Positions 25,990 to 40,162 of a stretch of 64,000 bases of DNA are shown in pieces. The stretch covers positions 2,046,001 to 2,110,000 of the forward strand of contig NC_043020.1 in assembly GCF_006345805.1 (NCBI RefSeq), written 5' to 3'. The position numbers and the translations under genes are program-made. Positions within the stretch are counted from its first letter, which is position 1. Each line of letters begins with the position of its first letter. Under the pieces are notes generated by a model. The model saw nothing but the letters and a program-made list of their open reading frames with translations. It ran no database searches and had not been told where the DNA came from. Source of the stretch: Octopus sinensis (taxonomy: Eukaryota).

Positions 25990-26495
25990 ACGCTTGCATG
26001 GCTGTGTGGTGAAAAAACTCGCTTTGTAACCACGTAGATTCGGGTTCAATCCCACTGCATGACAACATGAACAATTGTCTTCTACTATAGCCACAAGCCG
26101 ACCAATGCTTTTTATGAAATTTGGTAGATGGAAACTGTGTGGAAGCCCATCAGATATATATACATACACACACAACTACATACACTCATGGGCGCATTTA
26201 TATAGATAGGTATGATTGGATGTGAGTGGATTTGTTAGGCGGAAACTGAAAGAAGCCTGTTGTATATATGCATTTCTATATCTGTGTATGTGTCTGTGTT
26301 TCTCCTCCACCATTATTTGCCAACCGGTGTTGGTTTTTTTATAATATCTCCTCACCTAGCGACTCGGCAAATGGCCCGATTGAATGGGTACCAGAGCTTA
26401 AAATAAACACTGGAGTCAGTCTGCTCCGATTCCACTCATTGCTCCCGCATGGCGACAGTCCAACTACTGAAAGAAGCATAGTATATAAGAGAAAA
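25990..26495 (+). mobile_element. SINE family B, fragmented/diverged copies
   Basis: ATGGCTGTGTGGT head at 25998, repeated GGAAACTG blocks, degenerate tail GCATGGCGACAGTCCAACTACTGAAAG. Confidence 0.65.
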
Positions 26496-26809
26496 TAACA
26501 CATCTTGTCATTTGCTTTCGATGGTCTCCATTGTTCTTCATATTATTGTTGTTTTCATTATTTGAAAAATATTTCAATTGATTCCGTTCTTAAAACTAAA
26601 ATAATGATGATGATGAGACATTAGAATAAATGTCTTTTAAATAATAATAAACAGACACACACAGGTTAAGAAAACTTGTTTTTAATGTCATGACGGTCGC
26701 TTACAAGGTTTAATTTCCGATATCGTCTCTACCCGGTTTTTACACACACAGAAATACAAGCACACACAATCACACATAAACACACACAAACACACATCAC
26801 ATATACTTA

Positions 26810-26896
<87 letters not shown>

Positions 26897-26915
26897 TATA
26901 TATATATACACACAT

Positions 26916-26946
<31 letters not shown>

Positions 26947-27589
26947 CATACACATATATATATATAACATATATATATATATACACATACACAGTAGATA
27001 CGTTACATACATATGTACGTGTGCATACACATACACACACACATATATATATACATATGTATGTATATGTATATATATATATAAATACATATATATATAT
27101 GTATGCATGTACGTATATATATATATATATATATATATTTGTATGTATGCATGTACGTATATATGTATGTATTAATATTTGATTACGTGTTACCGAAATG
27201 TACACACACACACACACACAAGCGGTGTGTCTGCGAATGTCTCTAAGTATTTATTACCATTTCGGTGTGTTACGTTGTTAAAGACTACACCGCCATTATT
27301 TTACACATCTTTATATATTTTTTTTCATTTAGTATATTTTGTATTTATTTTAAATTTCCTTTCTTGAAATTATGATTGCTGTAGTGAAATGTTTTCAGAC
27401 ATTTCTTTTTTTATTTTTAAATAAGTATGATTATAATTTCGTGCTGTCTACCAAATCACAGACGTTCTGTAAGTATAATGTAATGTATGTTATTACAGAT
27501 GACACCACGGTTATGTAAGAGGTTTACTTCCCAACCACGTGGTTTCGGGTTCAGTATCACAACGCGATACCCTGGTAGTCAGGAATAGA

Positions 27590-27939
27590 AAAAGTATTTT
27601 ACGTTTCGAGCCTACACTCTTCTACAAAAAGGGACACAGAAAAAAACAAGGACTGAAACAAGGAGAGAATAAAAAGGGGGGGTGTAGTGGCTAACAATCT
27701 ATCATGGCATCTGACTCTGACCATATATATATATAAATGTGACCTCGTGTGTACCGTTGGTGATTTTTTTCCTCTGTCTTCCCTTCTCTGGATCTTTCCT
27801 TCTCCTATGTTTCCGACGAAGAGCTCCGTTCCAAACGTTAAACCCTCCTTCTTTCCTTCTTTCCTGAACGTCCAATAACACTATATTTGTTCCACATCCT
27901 CGCGTTGTTGTTTTTTTGTGCTTTCTTGTTTGGATTAAC

Positions 27940-27945
<6 letters not shown>
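27590..27945. mobile_element. Back-to-back pair of Penelope-like terminal remnants with degenerate hammerhead motifs
   Basis: Minus 27633-27596: TTT-TTGTAGA-A-GAGT-GTAG-GCTC-GAAAC-GTA-AAA. Plus 27809-27843: GTTT-CCGACGA-A-GAGC-TCC-GTTC-CAAAC-GTT-AAAC. Confidence 0.5.
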
Positions 27946-27975
<30 letters not shown>

Positions 27976-28099
27976 AAAAGAAGGCGTGTTTTTCAACGCA
28001 AGTAAAGGTAGAGAATTACTTGTTCTTGAAAATGCACATGAATTGGAAAAGTTTGTAATTGTTTTTAAATAAATTTATTTGCATACATACCAAACTGGT

Positions 28100-28430
28100 T
28101 TGTTTGCATTTTAACTGGCGATACTAGTGCTTGACTACGTCGTACGATGCTTCATGGTCGGCATAAGCTTCTTTCAACTCATCGATAGTCTCTTTTGGTG
28201 TACGATCTTTCACGTATAATTGGATGCAGATCATTGATCTGCATCCAATTGCTTCCATTATAGCACCTTAGTCCACTTCAGCAGCTGTAAACGACAAACG
28301 AATACAAGTGGAAAGCTGCGATTTAGAATGTGACCCGTAAAGATATGCATAATTAGACCGGGAAATGTTCCATTTCCTGCAATAACCGGATGTGGGTCAA
28401 GAACGATTTTCAATGAACAATCCGATATTT
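28100..28430 (-). mobile_element. mariner 5' remnant (transposase N-terminal HTH)
   Basis: MEAIGCRSMICIQLYVKDRTPKETIDELKEAYADHEASYDVVKH*YRQLKCKQTSL aligns by eye to mariner N-termini (R.VI.FL..KG.TP.EI..EL...YG..A.SY..VK.W...FK.G.TS). Confidence 0.7.
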
Positions 28431-28588
28431 TTGTGCGCGCGTGTGTGTGTATCATAGATAGAAATAATGGGTTTTATATATACTTGGAAGAGGATGCGTG
28501 GCGTTCAAATATATAGTAATATAAATAATATGTATATATGCATATATATATATATATCTACATACGGATAGATATATGTACATATACG

Positions 28589-28631
<43 letters not shown>

Positions 28632-29164
28632 GTATGTAAGTATGTACGTATGTACGTACGTACGTGTGTATGTATGTATGTATGTATGTATGTATGTAGA
28701 TCCGATGGTTCAATTTTATCAATCGATCGATTAATCGACCGAAAATATAGGAAACTAGCAGCACAATGCAATCTTTCTCAGAATCAAAAGATATCAGTTG
28801 CAAAAGAAAAAAAAAGGAAGAAAATTAAAAGAAAAAAAAAAGAAAAGAGATAGGATGGAATTTGGTCAGTGTGGCACTTAAACAGAAGTAGGTCACCAGT
28901 TTCTAACCATTAATCTTTAATCTTTTGTTTCCTTCAAACGTCAGTGAATAGTATTCGCATCCCGTAAAGAAATTTGATGTCTCAACCGCGTCTGTGTTAG
29001 TGACAAGCATTAGACGTTTCTTACTTCATTTTGGAAATGATGCGAGTGGAAATTCTTTGAAAATAATTCCCACCCAAAACGCAGCTATGGTAGTGATAAT
29101 TGTTTTAAAACTGAAGTATCAGCGTTTATCTAATTAATTGGCAGAAATTCATATACTCTTCTAT

Positions 29165-29574
29165 ACTCTTTTACTTGTTTCAGTCATTTGACTGTGGCCA
29201 TGCTGGAGCACCACTTTTAGTCGAACAAATCGACCCCCAGGATTTATTCTTTGTAAGCCTAGTTCTTATTCTATCGCTCTCTTTTGCCGAACCGCTAAGT
29301 TACGGGGACGTAAACACACCAGCATCGGTTGTCAAGCGATGTTGCGGGGACAAACAAAGACATACAAGCATATACACACACCCATACATATATATATGTA
29401 TATACATATATATGACGGGCTTCTTTCAGTTTCCGTCTAACAAATCCACATACAAGGCTTTGGTCGGCCCGAGACTATAGCAGAAGATACTTGCCCAAGG
29501 TGCCACGCAGTGAGACTGAACCCGGAACCATGTCGTTGGTAAGCAAGCTACTTACCACACAGTCCCTCCTACAC
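29165..29574 (-). mobile_element. SINE family B, full length
   Basis: Reverse complement of 23796-24246 over its whole length. Confidence 0.88.
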
Positions 29575-30083
29575 CATATATCAATAATTACAAAACAATT
29601 CACATAAATAATTAGAACTAAGTAATCAACGATTTTAAGCAAAGGCATTTTGTTTTGGTGTTTGGTTTGCAAGATTCTTGGTGTAAATTCATGGGTAGAA
29701 ATAAACCGTGTTGTCTCCAGGATGGGTCATCATGCCATTAAAAATTTAAATAAACACGCACACTGGTTCAATAACATTTCTTTATTTTATCGTTTAAACT
29801 ATTCAATGGTTTGTTTGATTGGTGATCGAACAATCGATGAGTTGTTAGTTTTGTCAGTCGGAGTCCTTTCGTCGCGGTTCGCGACTTCATCAATGACATG
29901 CCTTCACTCTTCCTCATCTGCTTTGAATCTCTTTGAGAACTAGACTTACGCTTATTTGTGTATATATATGTCACATATATGTAAGGTGTGTATGTAAGGC
30001 GTGTATGTATGTATGTATGTATGTATGTATGTATGTTTGTATGTATACATGTATGTATGTATGTATGTATGTATGTATGTATG

Positions 30084-30114
<31 letters not shown>

Positions 30115-30339
30115 GTGTACAGATTTGTATATAACCGTGATATACAAATGTTCACAGTTATATACAGATTTAAAATCTAGTTCGTTCGTCTCAGCTACGT
30201 GTGAATAACGAAAACAATTCAGCAGTGAATGAATTTGGTTTAAGTGAATTCATATTTATCAATCAAAACTAGAAATCGATCCATGGCTGAGCTTTCTGTT
30301 CAGAGAAAATGTAACAAGAGAAAATATAGCAAATATGGA

Positions 30340-30720
30340 CGACTTGTTCCGAAACACCCCCGAAAGGGGAACAATTCTCAAAAATAAGCCCCAATTGTTT
30401 TCCCCCAAAATTCCAATACACTCGGAATCTGCATAGTCCGAGGTATATTTCTAGACAATTTCATTAAAAAATATCCATTTTTCTGAAAATTAAGCGAATT
30501 GAAGTGGACTCCGGTAAATTCTCCTAAAACACTCCCCCCACTAATTTTGTGTATTCAGAATCTATATGATATAACACATATTTGTAGAAAATTTCATTAA
30601 CAAATATCTATATTTCTGCAAGTTATGATTACCCAAATTTGGAAGGGGGTCAGAAATCTGTAGTTATTTCCTGTTGACATTTGATCATTTAAATGAAATC
30701 TCCGTAAGGAATCTTATTCT
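30340..30720 (+). repeat. Dispersed repeat with about 130-bp internal subrepeats (family also at 32985-33250 minus and 33420-33485)
   Basis: Recurring ATATTT(C/G)TAGA(C/A)AATTTCATTAA(A/C)AAATATC block. Confidence 0.55.
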
Positions 30721-31195
30721 CACACATACACACTCACACAGGTATATATCTTACACAAATAGAAAGCCGGAGAAGAATATATAAAACGAAAGTAACTTTA
30801 GAAATACTATTTTTTTATCTGAAATCGTCACAACTTTAATGATGTTTACATGCGTGTGTGTGTGTGTGTGTAAATAGCCGGTTATTATGTTAGTAAATGT
30901 GTAAAAAGGTTAGTTACTATGTTAACATTGACAAACCACTTAAGTGAAAGTGTTAATAAGTCGATTTGCGCCAAGAATAATCACTTGGGATTTAAATGTG
31001 AAATATCAAGTCTTAATAAGGCGGCTCGTTCCAAAAATGTCCAAAATATCTATTGGAAAATCAATGTACAATATAGAGTAAATCATTTAATTAACTGAGA
31101 AGAAAGGCGTCTATGTCTGTATGAAATTTATTTTTTCCTGACATGAAAGTATCTTTAGAAATTCTTTTTTTTATCAGAAATCGTCACAGCTGTAA

Positions 31196-31227
<32 letters not shown>

Positions 31228-32136
31228 ATGGTTAGGACACCAAAGGCAGGAAGTTCAAACACAGGAAGTTGGCAAAACGATTTGAAGAAGTGAATCTTTA
31301 TATATACATCAATATTATTTATTTTTAATTAAAAAAATAATAAATCAAGACCGTATTATTCTTTCCAAAGTCAAATTATTCATATACCCCATTTATAGTA
31401 TAGATTGATCCAGAGGTTTAAACGTGCATTGAGGACACACATAAATAGGGTATTTTATATATTAAAATTTATAAAATTATATACAGCGTATTAATTTTAT
31501 TTATATATGTTGGTAAGCAAGATGATATCCCAGAAACAGCTGTAAAGATATATCTCCTTATAAATGTCCTGAAAACTCCTCACAGCCTTGACTTTGTTAT
31601 CTCACATTATCTAATGTATATGTGTGTGTGTGTGTCTATGTATGTATGCATGTTTGTAACTATATATATATATATATATATATGTATGTACGTATATATA
31701 TATATGTGTGTGTGTGTATGTGTGTGTGAGTGTGTGTGTGTGTGTGTCTGTGTGTATAGATAAGTGTGCATATACATATATATATATATTTGTATACTAC
31801 ATAATTAGGGTTCAGCAATGATTAGCTTCACCACACACCGAAGTTTTAGAAATAGCAGTCAAAATCCTAGCTATTCTTTCTACTTTAAAGGGAGTTCCCA
31901 GAAAAACCAAAGCACTTGAAGACAAACCACGTAGGCAAAAGGGGAAAAATGACGAAAATCATTCTATAATTCTGTAATTATAGAATATATGTTATTACGA
32001 ATATATATATTTGTATATATATACACACACACAAACATACATACACACACACACACACACACAGAGATACACAAACCTAGTATGTCCCTCAAAAATGGGG
32101 TGCATGAATTTTTATTTACCTTTCTGAAATACCCCA

Positions 32137-32290
<154 letters not shown>

Positions 32291-33479
32291 AACAGAAGCG
32301 TGATGCCAACATCGACGACTACAAAAATAACAATAATAACGATAGTAAAGTGAAAGTTGAAAACTCTGTGATTTGTTAATGGTCATTGCAAATGCGAGAA
32401 TAACAGGAAATTAACGTCTGTTGAAAGTAAAAGTATGATTGATTTCATTAGGTGTTAGATTTAATCCTGGGGTGAATATCGTCTTTCATTTTTTCTTTTT
32501 ACTACCAGCCAGTATTTGCCAACGTATATCCAAAGTTCTCCTTCTATACACTTACAATTTGTGCAGAAGCACACCCATCTCTAAACAGACACTATTTCTG
32601 TGTGTCTGTGTTTCTGTGTTTGTTTATAAGGAAAACCATAATCCAAAGAGACCGACGGCAGTAATTATATTTATTGGAAAAACTGTAACCGAAACAATTA
32701 AGTGTATATGCCGTGGGGAGTACATTCCAGATTATAAGAAACGTTCTTAGATATATGTTAGCGAAAATGGAAAAAAAAAACGCATATAGAACTCCACTTA
32801 CGCAAATACACTAGGAACAAGTTATATAAAGATGGAGATAGTGAATGCCTCCAGTGATTCAAAGATATTGGTAAACCAGACTATAGAATTATACAGGAAC
32901 TACTACCCCCATTAGCGAAACATTTCATCAGATACAGTTTATACTAATTATTCGCGGCGTGCCTACAAACGTGTGTGCCACGAATTTATTTCCTCATAAC
33001 TTCCAGAACTATTGATACCCTATAATTAAATTTTCTACAAATATATTATAGATGGTGTAGACTCCGATTTTATCAGAATTAATTCTTGTAACGTTTTTCA
33101 GTGGAGCGAAGGCGGTGAAGAGTGAGGAGGTTCAGATAATTCACAGAAGTTAGTTTTTGTTTCCTCATAACTTTCAGAAAATTTGTATTCCTTATGAAAA
33201 TTTCTAGAAATACTTTTCAGATGATATAGACTAGAGGTACTTGAGAATTTAATGTGTTAGAACTGTAGGGCGCATCATATACATACTGATACACATCACA
33301 CAATGTTTTCATAATTTTAAACTTCATTTGATTGATATATGCAGTATTTGTGTCAGTATATGTATATGTGTGTCCACCAGGTTTGTTTGTTTTTTCTGAC
33401 GTTAAACTTCGATATAATCGTAATTTTTATCACCTGACAGATATTCGTAGGATATTTCATTAAAAAATATCCATGTTTC

Positions 33480-33800
33480 TAGAAAGAAGAAAGCGGATGA
33501 CCATGGAATTCCACCTAGAAAGTTACCACCAAGGCACAAGCCCGAGCAAGAGCGTTTATAGAAGACCAGCAGTCGCCTATGCAGAACAGCCTCCCCTCTC
33601 CACGCCACCGATGTTATCCAAGGGAAAGGCAAAGGGGCCGATACAGCTTGGCACCTGTGACGTCGCAACTCATTTCTACAACTGAGGGAACTGGAGCAAG
33701 TTGAAAATAAAGAGTCTTGCTCAAGAACACAAGACACAGCCCAGTCCGGGAATCGAACACACTATCTCATGATTATGAGCCCGACACTCTAACCCCTAGG
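33480..33800 (-). mobile_element. SINE family D, near full length
   Basis: Reverse head GGCCTAGGGGTTAGAG...GTTCGATTCCCGG, core CTTGAGCAAGACTCTT..ACTTGCTCCAGTTCCCTCAG. Confidence 0.7.
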
Positions 33801-34856
33801 CCATACATACCACGTACACGGATCATGTGTATTGTATACTATAAGAACCAGATTTCATCTGGTTATGAAATGGACTAATTTCTGATTGACGCATTCACCA
33901 AAAAGAGCACAGCCAATGCTACATCTCACCAGAAACTAATATTTAGTATATATAATACAATAACAGCAGAATGAAAAATGGTCTAGTCAATACAAAACTA
34001 CAAACTAGCGAACACAGCACGTTTTCAAGGCAACCGATGTAACATACAAATTTCAATGCATTGAAGTTGTACACCTCATGACTCATGAGTCATGAAGTGT
34101 ACAGCTGATGTACTTGGGCGTACAAATGCACATTCCCACAGCTTTATCGATCGCATTCTCACCTGGAATCGATTTTTGTAATTTTTTCAAGACTTATTCA
34201 CGCCCTGATACCGTCGGTATCTACATATCAAATTTTAGCACAATCGGATGGAGGATGCCCGAGATCCGAGAAGACACACACACACATAGACAGAACGGAT
34301 TTTATATTGTGTATATATATATGTATATATATAGTACCCTTGTGTATATATGTACATATTAAATATTGCATGTATATATTTTATTAATTTGACTGTACGG
34401 CTAATAATTCGCTTACCACTTGTGATGGCATTTTAATAATACCATACCTATATATATATATATATGTATGTATGTATGTATGTATACACATATGTGTGTA
34501 TGTACATATACGCACACATATACAAATATAGGCTAATTAAGGTTAATATACTAAATTAATTAAAGTAATTAAATTATTAATTAATAAGAAGATAAAGTGA
34601 GAAAATATGAAGATTTGGGGAAAATAGAAAATGGAAGTAATTGTGCTGAAATGAGCTTCCATGGATTCGGAAAGAAAAAGTGGAAAAGCTAGACGCCATT
34701 TATGTCGTTAATTAAATTATTAAAACTAGACGCGGAGAGCACAAGCAAAATAAATGATAAATAATTAAGCGAAATTTGGAATAAAAATAAGATAGTAGTC
34801 AATTAATGAATGAAGCTAATATTATATACTCGTATACTATTCAAATGCTTATTATA

Positions 34857-35073
34857 CAGGGTCTTTAAAAAGTCTCACCGCAGTGAATTCCATATCATGT
34901 GTAGAAGAGTCAATTTATGTATTGAAAATGAAGGACGACGATTTCAATGCCTCTTATGAAGTTTTTTAAAGTCTTGTAAAGTCTAATATATTCTTTTGTA
35001 GTCTTATACCACCTTGTGAATATATATTTTGCAATAAAATGCTTAAAGGTGGAGAGACTTTTTGAACACCCTG
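34857..35073 (+). mobile_element. Tc1-derived MITE, 217 bp
   Basis: TA-flanked TIRs CAGGGTCTTTAAAAAGTCTC / GAGACTTTTTGAACACCCTG (2 mismatches in 20). Internal EFHIMCRRVNLCIENEGRRFQCLL* resembles a Tc1 C-terminus. Confidence 0.8.
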
Positions 35074-35135
35074 TACAAATCTGTGTATTCATATGTAATA
35101 ATTATCCTGAAAAACAGGTGCACACATCTATATTC

Positions 35136-35181
<46 letters not shown>

Positions 35182-35426
35182 GTGTTATATATGTATGTAT
35201 GTATTAATATATATATATATATATTATATATATTATATTCATTTAGAGATAGTAGGCCCCTTCATCCACCATATAAAAGAATTTTAATTTACTTTAATAC
35301 TTACTACTTATATCTCGGCTACACGTGTTTCTTGAAATTCATTTCCCGGTTCCTTAACCACGTCGTGTTTTGCAGGAACGTTTCTTAAAATATAACCCCA
35401 ATCATATATACATATATATTACATAT

Positions 35427-35478
<52 letters not shown>

Positions 35479-35645
35479 TTATATACATATATACATACAT
35501 ACACATAAATACCCATATGCAGAGAGCCATATCTACAACAATATTGAACATAGACAAAAAACAAAGTGAAAAAATTATACATACCATAAATTATTTGATC
35601 TATTTAGAATAGGTTCTATTAATAGTTATGTACATGCCCAAACAA

Positions 35646-35678
<33 letters not shown>

Positions 35679-35746
35679 TGAATACATACACAAATGCGCA
35701 TTTATACACACATATATATACATATATATACATGCATATACACATC

Positions 35747-35778
<32 letters not shown>

Positions 35779-36359
35779 TGCATAAGCATACAATCGTATA
35801 TATACACAACATATGCACATACACACACATAAGCAACAAAAACATATACAATCATATGCATATATATATCGAACATATACTCACACATAAAATCTATTAG
35901 GGTGATAAATATCCACAAATATAAAACCATAAAGATAGGGACAAACAGAAATTATAGCAAAAATATATAAAAATATAGAGAAAACAACGATACATAAACA
36001 TTGGATATAAATAAACAAAAACATAAGGATAAAAAGAATATGCATATATACATATATATATATATACACATATACGCACATCAATACATATATATATACA
36101 TAAAATCATAGACATGTACACATATATAAACACTAATAGGTAGGTAACTATCCATAAATATAAAAATATAAAGATAAATAAAAAATTAAAAAAATAAAAA
36201 ATATATAAACAAAGATAGAAAAATATATAAACATTTGGATATAAATAGATAGACACATACACACTCATACATACACAAATATACATACAAATACACACAC
36301 ACACACTCACACACACACATATATATATAATATATATTATATACATATATCCATATATT

Positions 36360-36396
<37 letters not shown>

Positions 36397-36799
36397 ATAT
36401 ATTCATCCCACATATCATCGTATATAATTAATGACTATATATGAGCATGAGTTCTATTAGAATTTATAGCAAAAGATATCCACTAATAACTAAATAAAGA
36501 AAAAAATAATATAAAAATAAATATATAATTTATTCCATATAGTGACTATCACATATCTGAGTTATATCTTCAGTATAAATATTAGTACTAGAGATAAATT
36601 CATAAAATATTGATAACATTTAAATAAAATAACTTGCGACAACAGACAGATTTATTATTTATTAATATTAAGTAAAATGTTAGAGATTTAGTTATATTTA
36701 GCAAAAATAAGTTAACTCGCACAGTTACAGGCTAAAATTTCATCAGAATGTGCGTTCAAAGTAATTTACGGGAAATAAAAATTATATATATACATATAC

Positions 36800-36876
<77 letters not shown>

Positions 36877-37379
36877 CATATATATATATATATATATACA
36901 CACATACATATATATACACCATAAACCCGCACATACATATAAACTTAGTAATTTGTATTACATATTTGTAGCCAATAATGTCATTAATTAAATGATTAAA
37001 AATAATTTATTCATATAATGACTATCCTTATCTGAGTTAATTCTTCGGTGTAGATATTAGCACTAAAAGTACGTTAATGATATAGTAATATATATTAATA
37101 TAAATGAATATCAAAATTAGTCAGATTTATTATTTATCAATACAAATGAAATAATAGCAATCTACTTATATTTACCAAAGAGAAGTTTACTCGCATGAGT
37201 ACAGGCTAAAATTCTTTCATAATGTATGTTCAACAGTAATTTGCAAGCAATAAATATTTGACATAATTCTTCAGTACACAACTCACATACTTTGTTTGCG
37301 ATATTATAATATTTAGTATGGCTAATAATATTCCAGCGCAATTTAAAATCTGAATTTATTCAGACCAGTTGAGTTCATT

Positions 37380-37510
37380 TTTTTCCTACCCTTAAAACTA
37401 TTTTAGTGGTTAGAGAAGCGAGTTTTAAATTTATTAGACGTCCATCCAATGTATGTATACTTATTATTAAGTGCATCAATCTCCCATTTATATACAATAT
37501 TATATATATG
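37380..37510 (-). mobile_element. Penelope-like GIY-YIG endonuclease fragment
   Basis: NIVYKWEIDALNNKYTYIGWTSNKFKTRFSNH (VY...YIG.T...FK.R..NH). Confidence 0.75.
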
Positions 37511-37512
37511 TT

Positions 37513-37609
<97 letters not shown>

Positions 37610-37629
37610 TGTGATGTGATACATAAAAG

Positions 37630-38213
37630 TTATCTTTCCCCAAGATAAAAAGAAAATCAACATTACGAAGTAACAGATTGGTTCAACAAAATCCCAAGCA
37701 AAAACGAATACCATGTTTTTCAGTTTTACATAAAACACTATAACGTGTAAATGAAACCTATCCATATAGCTACTTTGAACTTCGCTAAAACCATAACTAC
37801 AATGAACGACGCCGCAACAGAAACAATACTGCAAGCAAGCAAATCGCTCCTCTGCTGCAACGATGGATTAAGAAAAACACTATAAAACCATTTTATGTAA
37901 GTATGGGATCAAAGGACTCAGCAGAAATAGGCAACATCATGGCGCTTTACATATTAGAAACCATACACAACAAATTTCCATCCATCTCAAGTGGTCTGTA
38001 TAGAGACGACGGTCTTCTACTAAGAAACTACAATCCTTAAAAAAATTATGAATGTAGGAAGGATCTACAACAAATTTTCAAAAACCTTCGCTTATCAATC
38101 AGTAAAAACACAACTAAAGTAATTCACCTTCCAAGGTATTACCCTCGACTTGGAATCAAGTATCTATAAACCATACAAAAAAGACAACACAAAAGTTCAG
38201 TATGTATATATAT

Positions 38214-38257
<44 letters not shown>

Positions 38258-39300
38258 GCAGCACGAAGTTTTGTCAGTGAACAGGTCGCGGTCTCAAATC
38301 GACGAAAATATTTTGACAAATTAAATTTAAATGTTGAAGTGAATCGAACGGCTTTTGTGTGTTTCTTAAATAGCTTATAAACACCTTCCACGCTGCAATT
38401 GTGTTCGTTCCAGCACACGATCTCAGATCAAGTCACTCGCTATGCAAGTACATCTCCGTAATATATATATATAAATTCAACCAACCCCCCAAAACATTAT
38501 CAAAAACCTAGTAAAAAACATATTTCTCGTGTACAGGAATTCTGTATATACACACCTTCTATATCTGACCCAATTTAGCATGTATCTAGAACAGGATTTG
38601 AAGACATGTTATAAACACACACCAATCAAACTTTACTTCAAGAAAGCAGGAAGTTCAAAATTCCTATATACTAACCAAATAGTTTATAGAACAATGAACA
38701 CATCTGGAGAGAAACATATGAAGATATAATCTGTACTCGAATAAGAGAATAAGCATAAGAGAAACAACTCTCTATTGTCTATAACAACAGAGACGTGACA
38801 TGTCTGACAAAAGCGCCGAACTTACAAATGAAAACAAAGCCCTAAATAACAAGAGCAAGTAAAGAAATGACCAGCCTTGACTTACCACCTACCAATATTC
38901 TTTTGTGAAAGAAAAGTTGCATCCAATTACTATGGGCTTAAATACTGGACATTGTACTTTTCCTCTTTACATTGTCAAAGCAAACGGATTAGCTCCAATA
39001 ATACCAAATGCAACAAAAATACTGTCACATCCTGTGCCTAACAAACAAAAGGGAAACCTACGAGCTTGTTTACAAAGTTCTACAAGTATCAATAAAGTTT
39101 AAATAGTAACATAACGCGAAACTTAATCAAGGGAAATTTTTCCAAAACCTCTTTCAGTAACAAATAACCAAAGCCACCTAATTACCACCACACTCAAACA
39201 CAAACACTCAAAGATGATTTTAAGCCAAGAACCTTTATAAAAACAACACAGAGTTCAACGATAGCTTAGCATGCGGAAACTTCGAAGTTACTATCAGCAA
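37630..39300 (+). mobile_element. Decayed Penelope-like retroelement RT region, interrupted by (TA)n-flanked insertions
   Basis: EVTDWFNKIPSKNEYHVFQF; FYVSMGSKDSAEIGNIMALYILE...SGLYRDDGLLL (YRDD at 37999-38010); ITLDLESSIYKPYKKDNTKVQYV; PQNIIKNLVKNI. Multiple stops and frameshifts. Confidence 0.8.
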
Positions 39301-39334
39301 CATTCTTATATATATATATATATATATAAATATA

Positions 39335-39560
39335 TACTTTTATTCTTTTTTTACTTGTTTCAGTCATGTGACTGATACCATGCTGGGGCACTGCATTTAG
39401 TTGAACAAATCGACCTCCGAGAGTTAATCTTTGTAAGCCTATTACTTATTCTATCAGTTCTCTCGCCGAACCGCTAAGTTACAGGGTCATTAACACACTA
39501 GCAGCGGTTGTCAAGCGATGACGGGAGGACAAACAGACACGAACACACCCACACATAAAC
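39335..39560 (-). mobile_element. SINE family B, 3' half
   Basis: TTACTTGTTTCAGTCATGTGACTG...GCCGAACCGCTAAGT matches the reversed family B tail. Confidence 0.75.
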
Positions 39561-40084
39561 ACACACGCATATATATTTTCTAAATATTTTCTAAATTTAT
39601 AAAAACAAACTTACGCCTCTATTAATTATTAATTATTACACCCTTCTTCACTCTAGGTGTTTTCGATATTATATAATATAATATATTTATATTTCACGTT
39701 CAATGTACGCACCACCCAACCGTTAGCGAATACAACACTTTATGTTTTGAAAATAAGTTATACAATCCAATTCAAATGCTTAATCATTAAATTGAATTAT
39801 ATCAAATAATTTATTATATTTACAATCGCAACAGCCTGACGAGCGGTAGCGTGAAACACTGAGTAAAAGTTTTTGTGATGTTTTTGCAATTTTAATCAAA
39901 AAGCAGATTACTCTACCTTTGATATTTGAGTACTACCTGTTACCAACTTGCTTTGCATTAATTTACTTACTCGTTATGTATGTAAGTACGTATGTATGTG
40001 TATATATATACAATACATATATATTATATACATACACATATACATATATATTATATATATACAATATATTATATATATATATAT

Positions 40085-40162
<78 letters not shown>

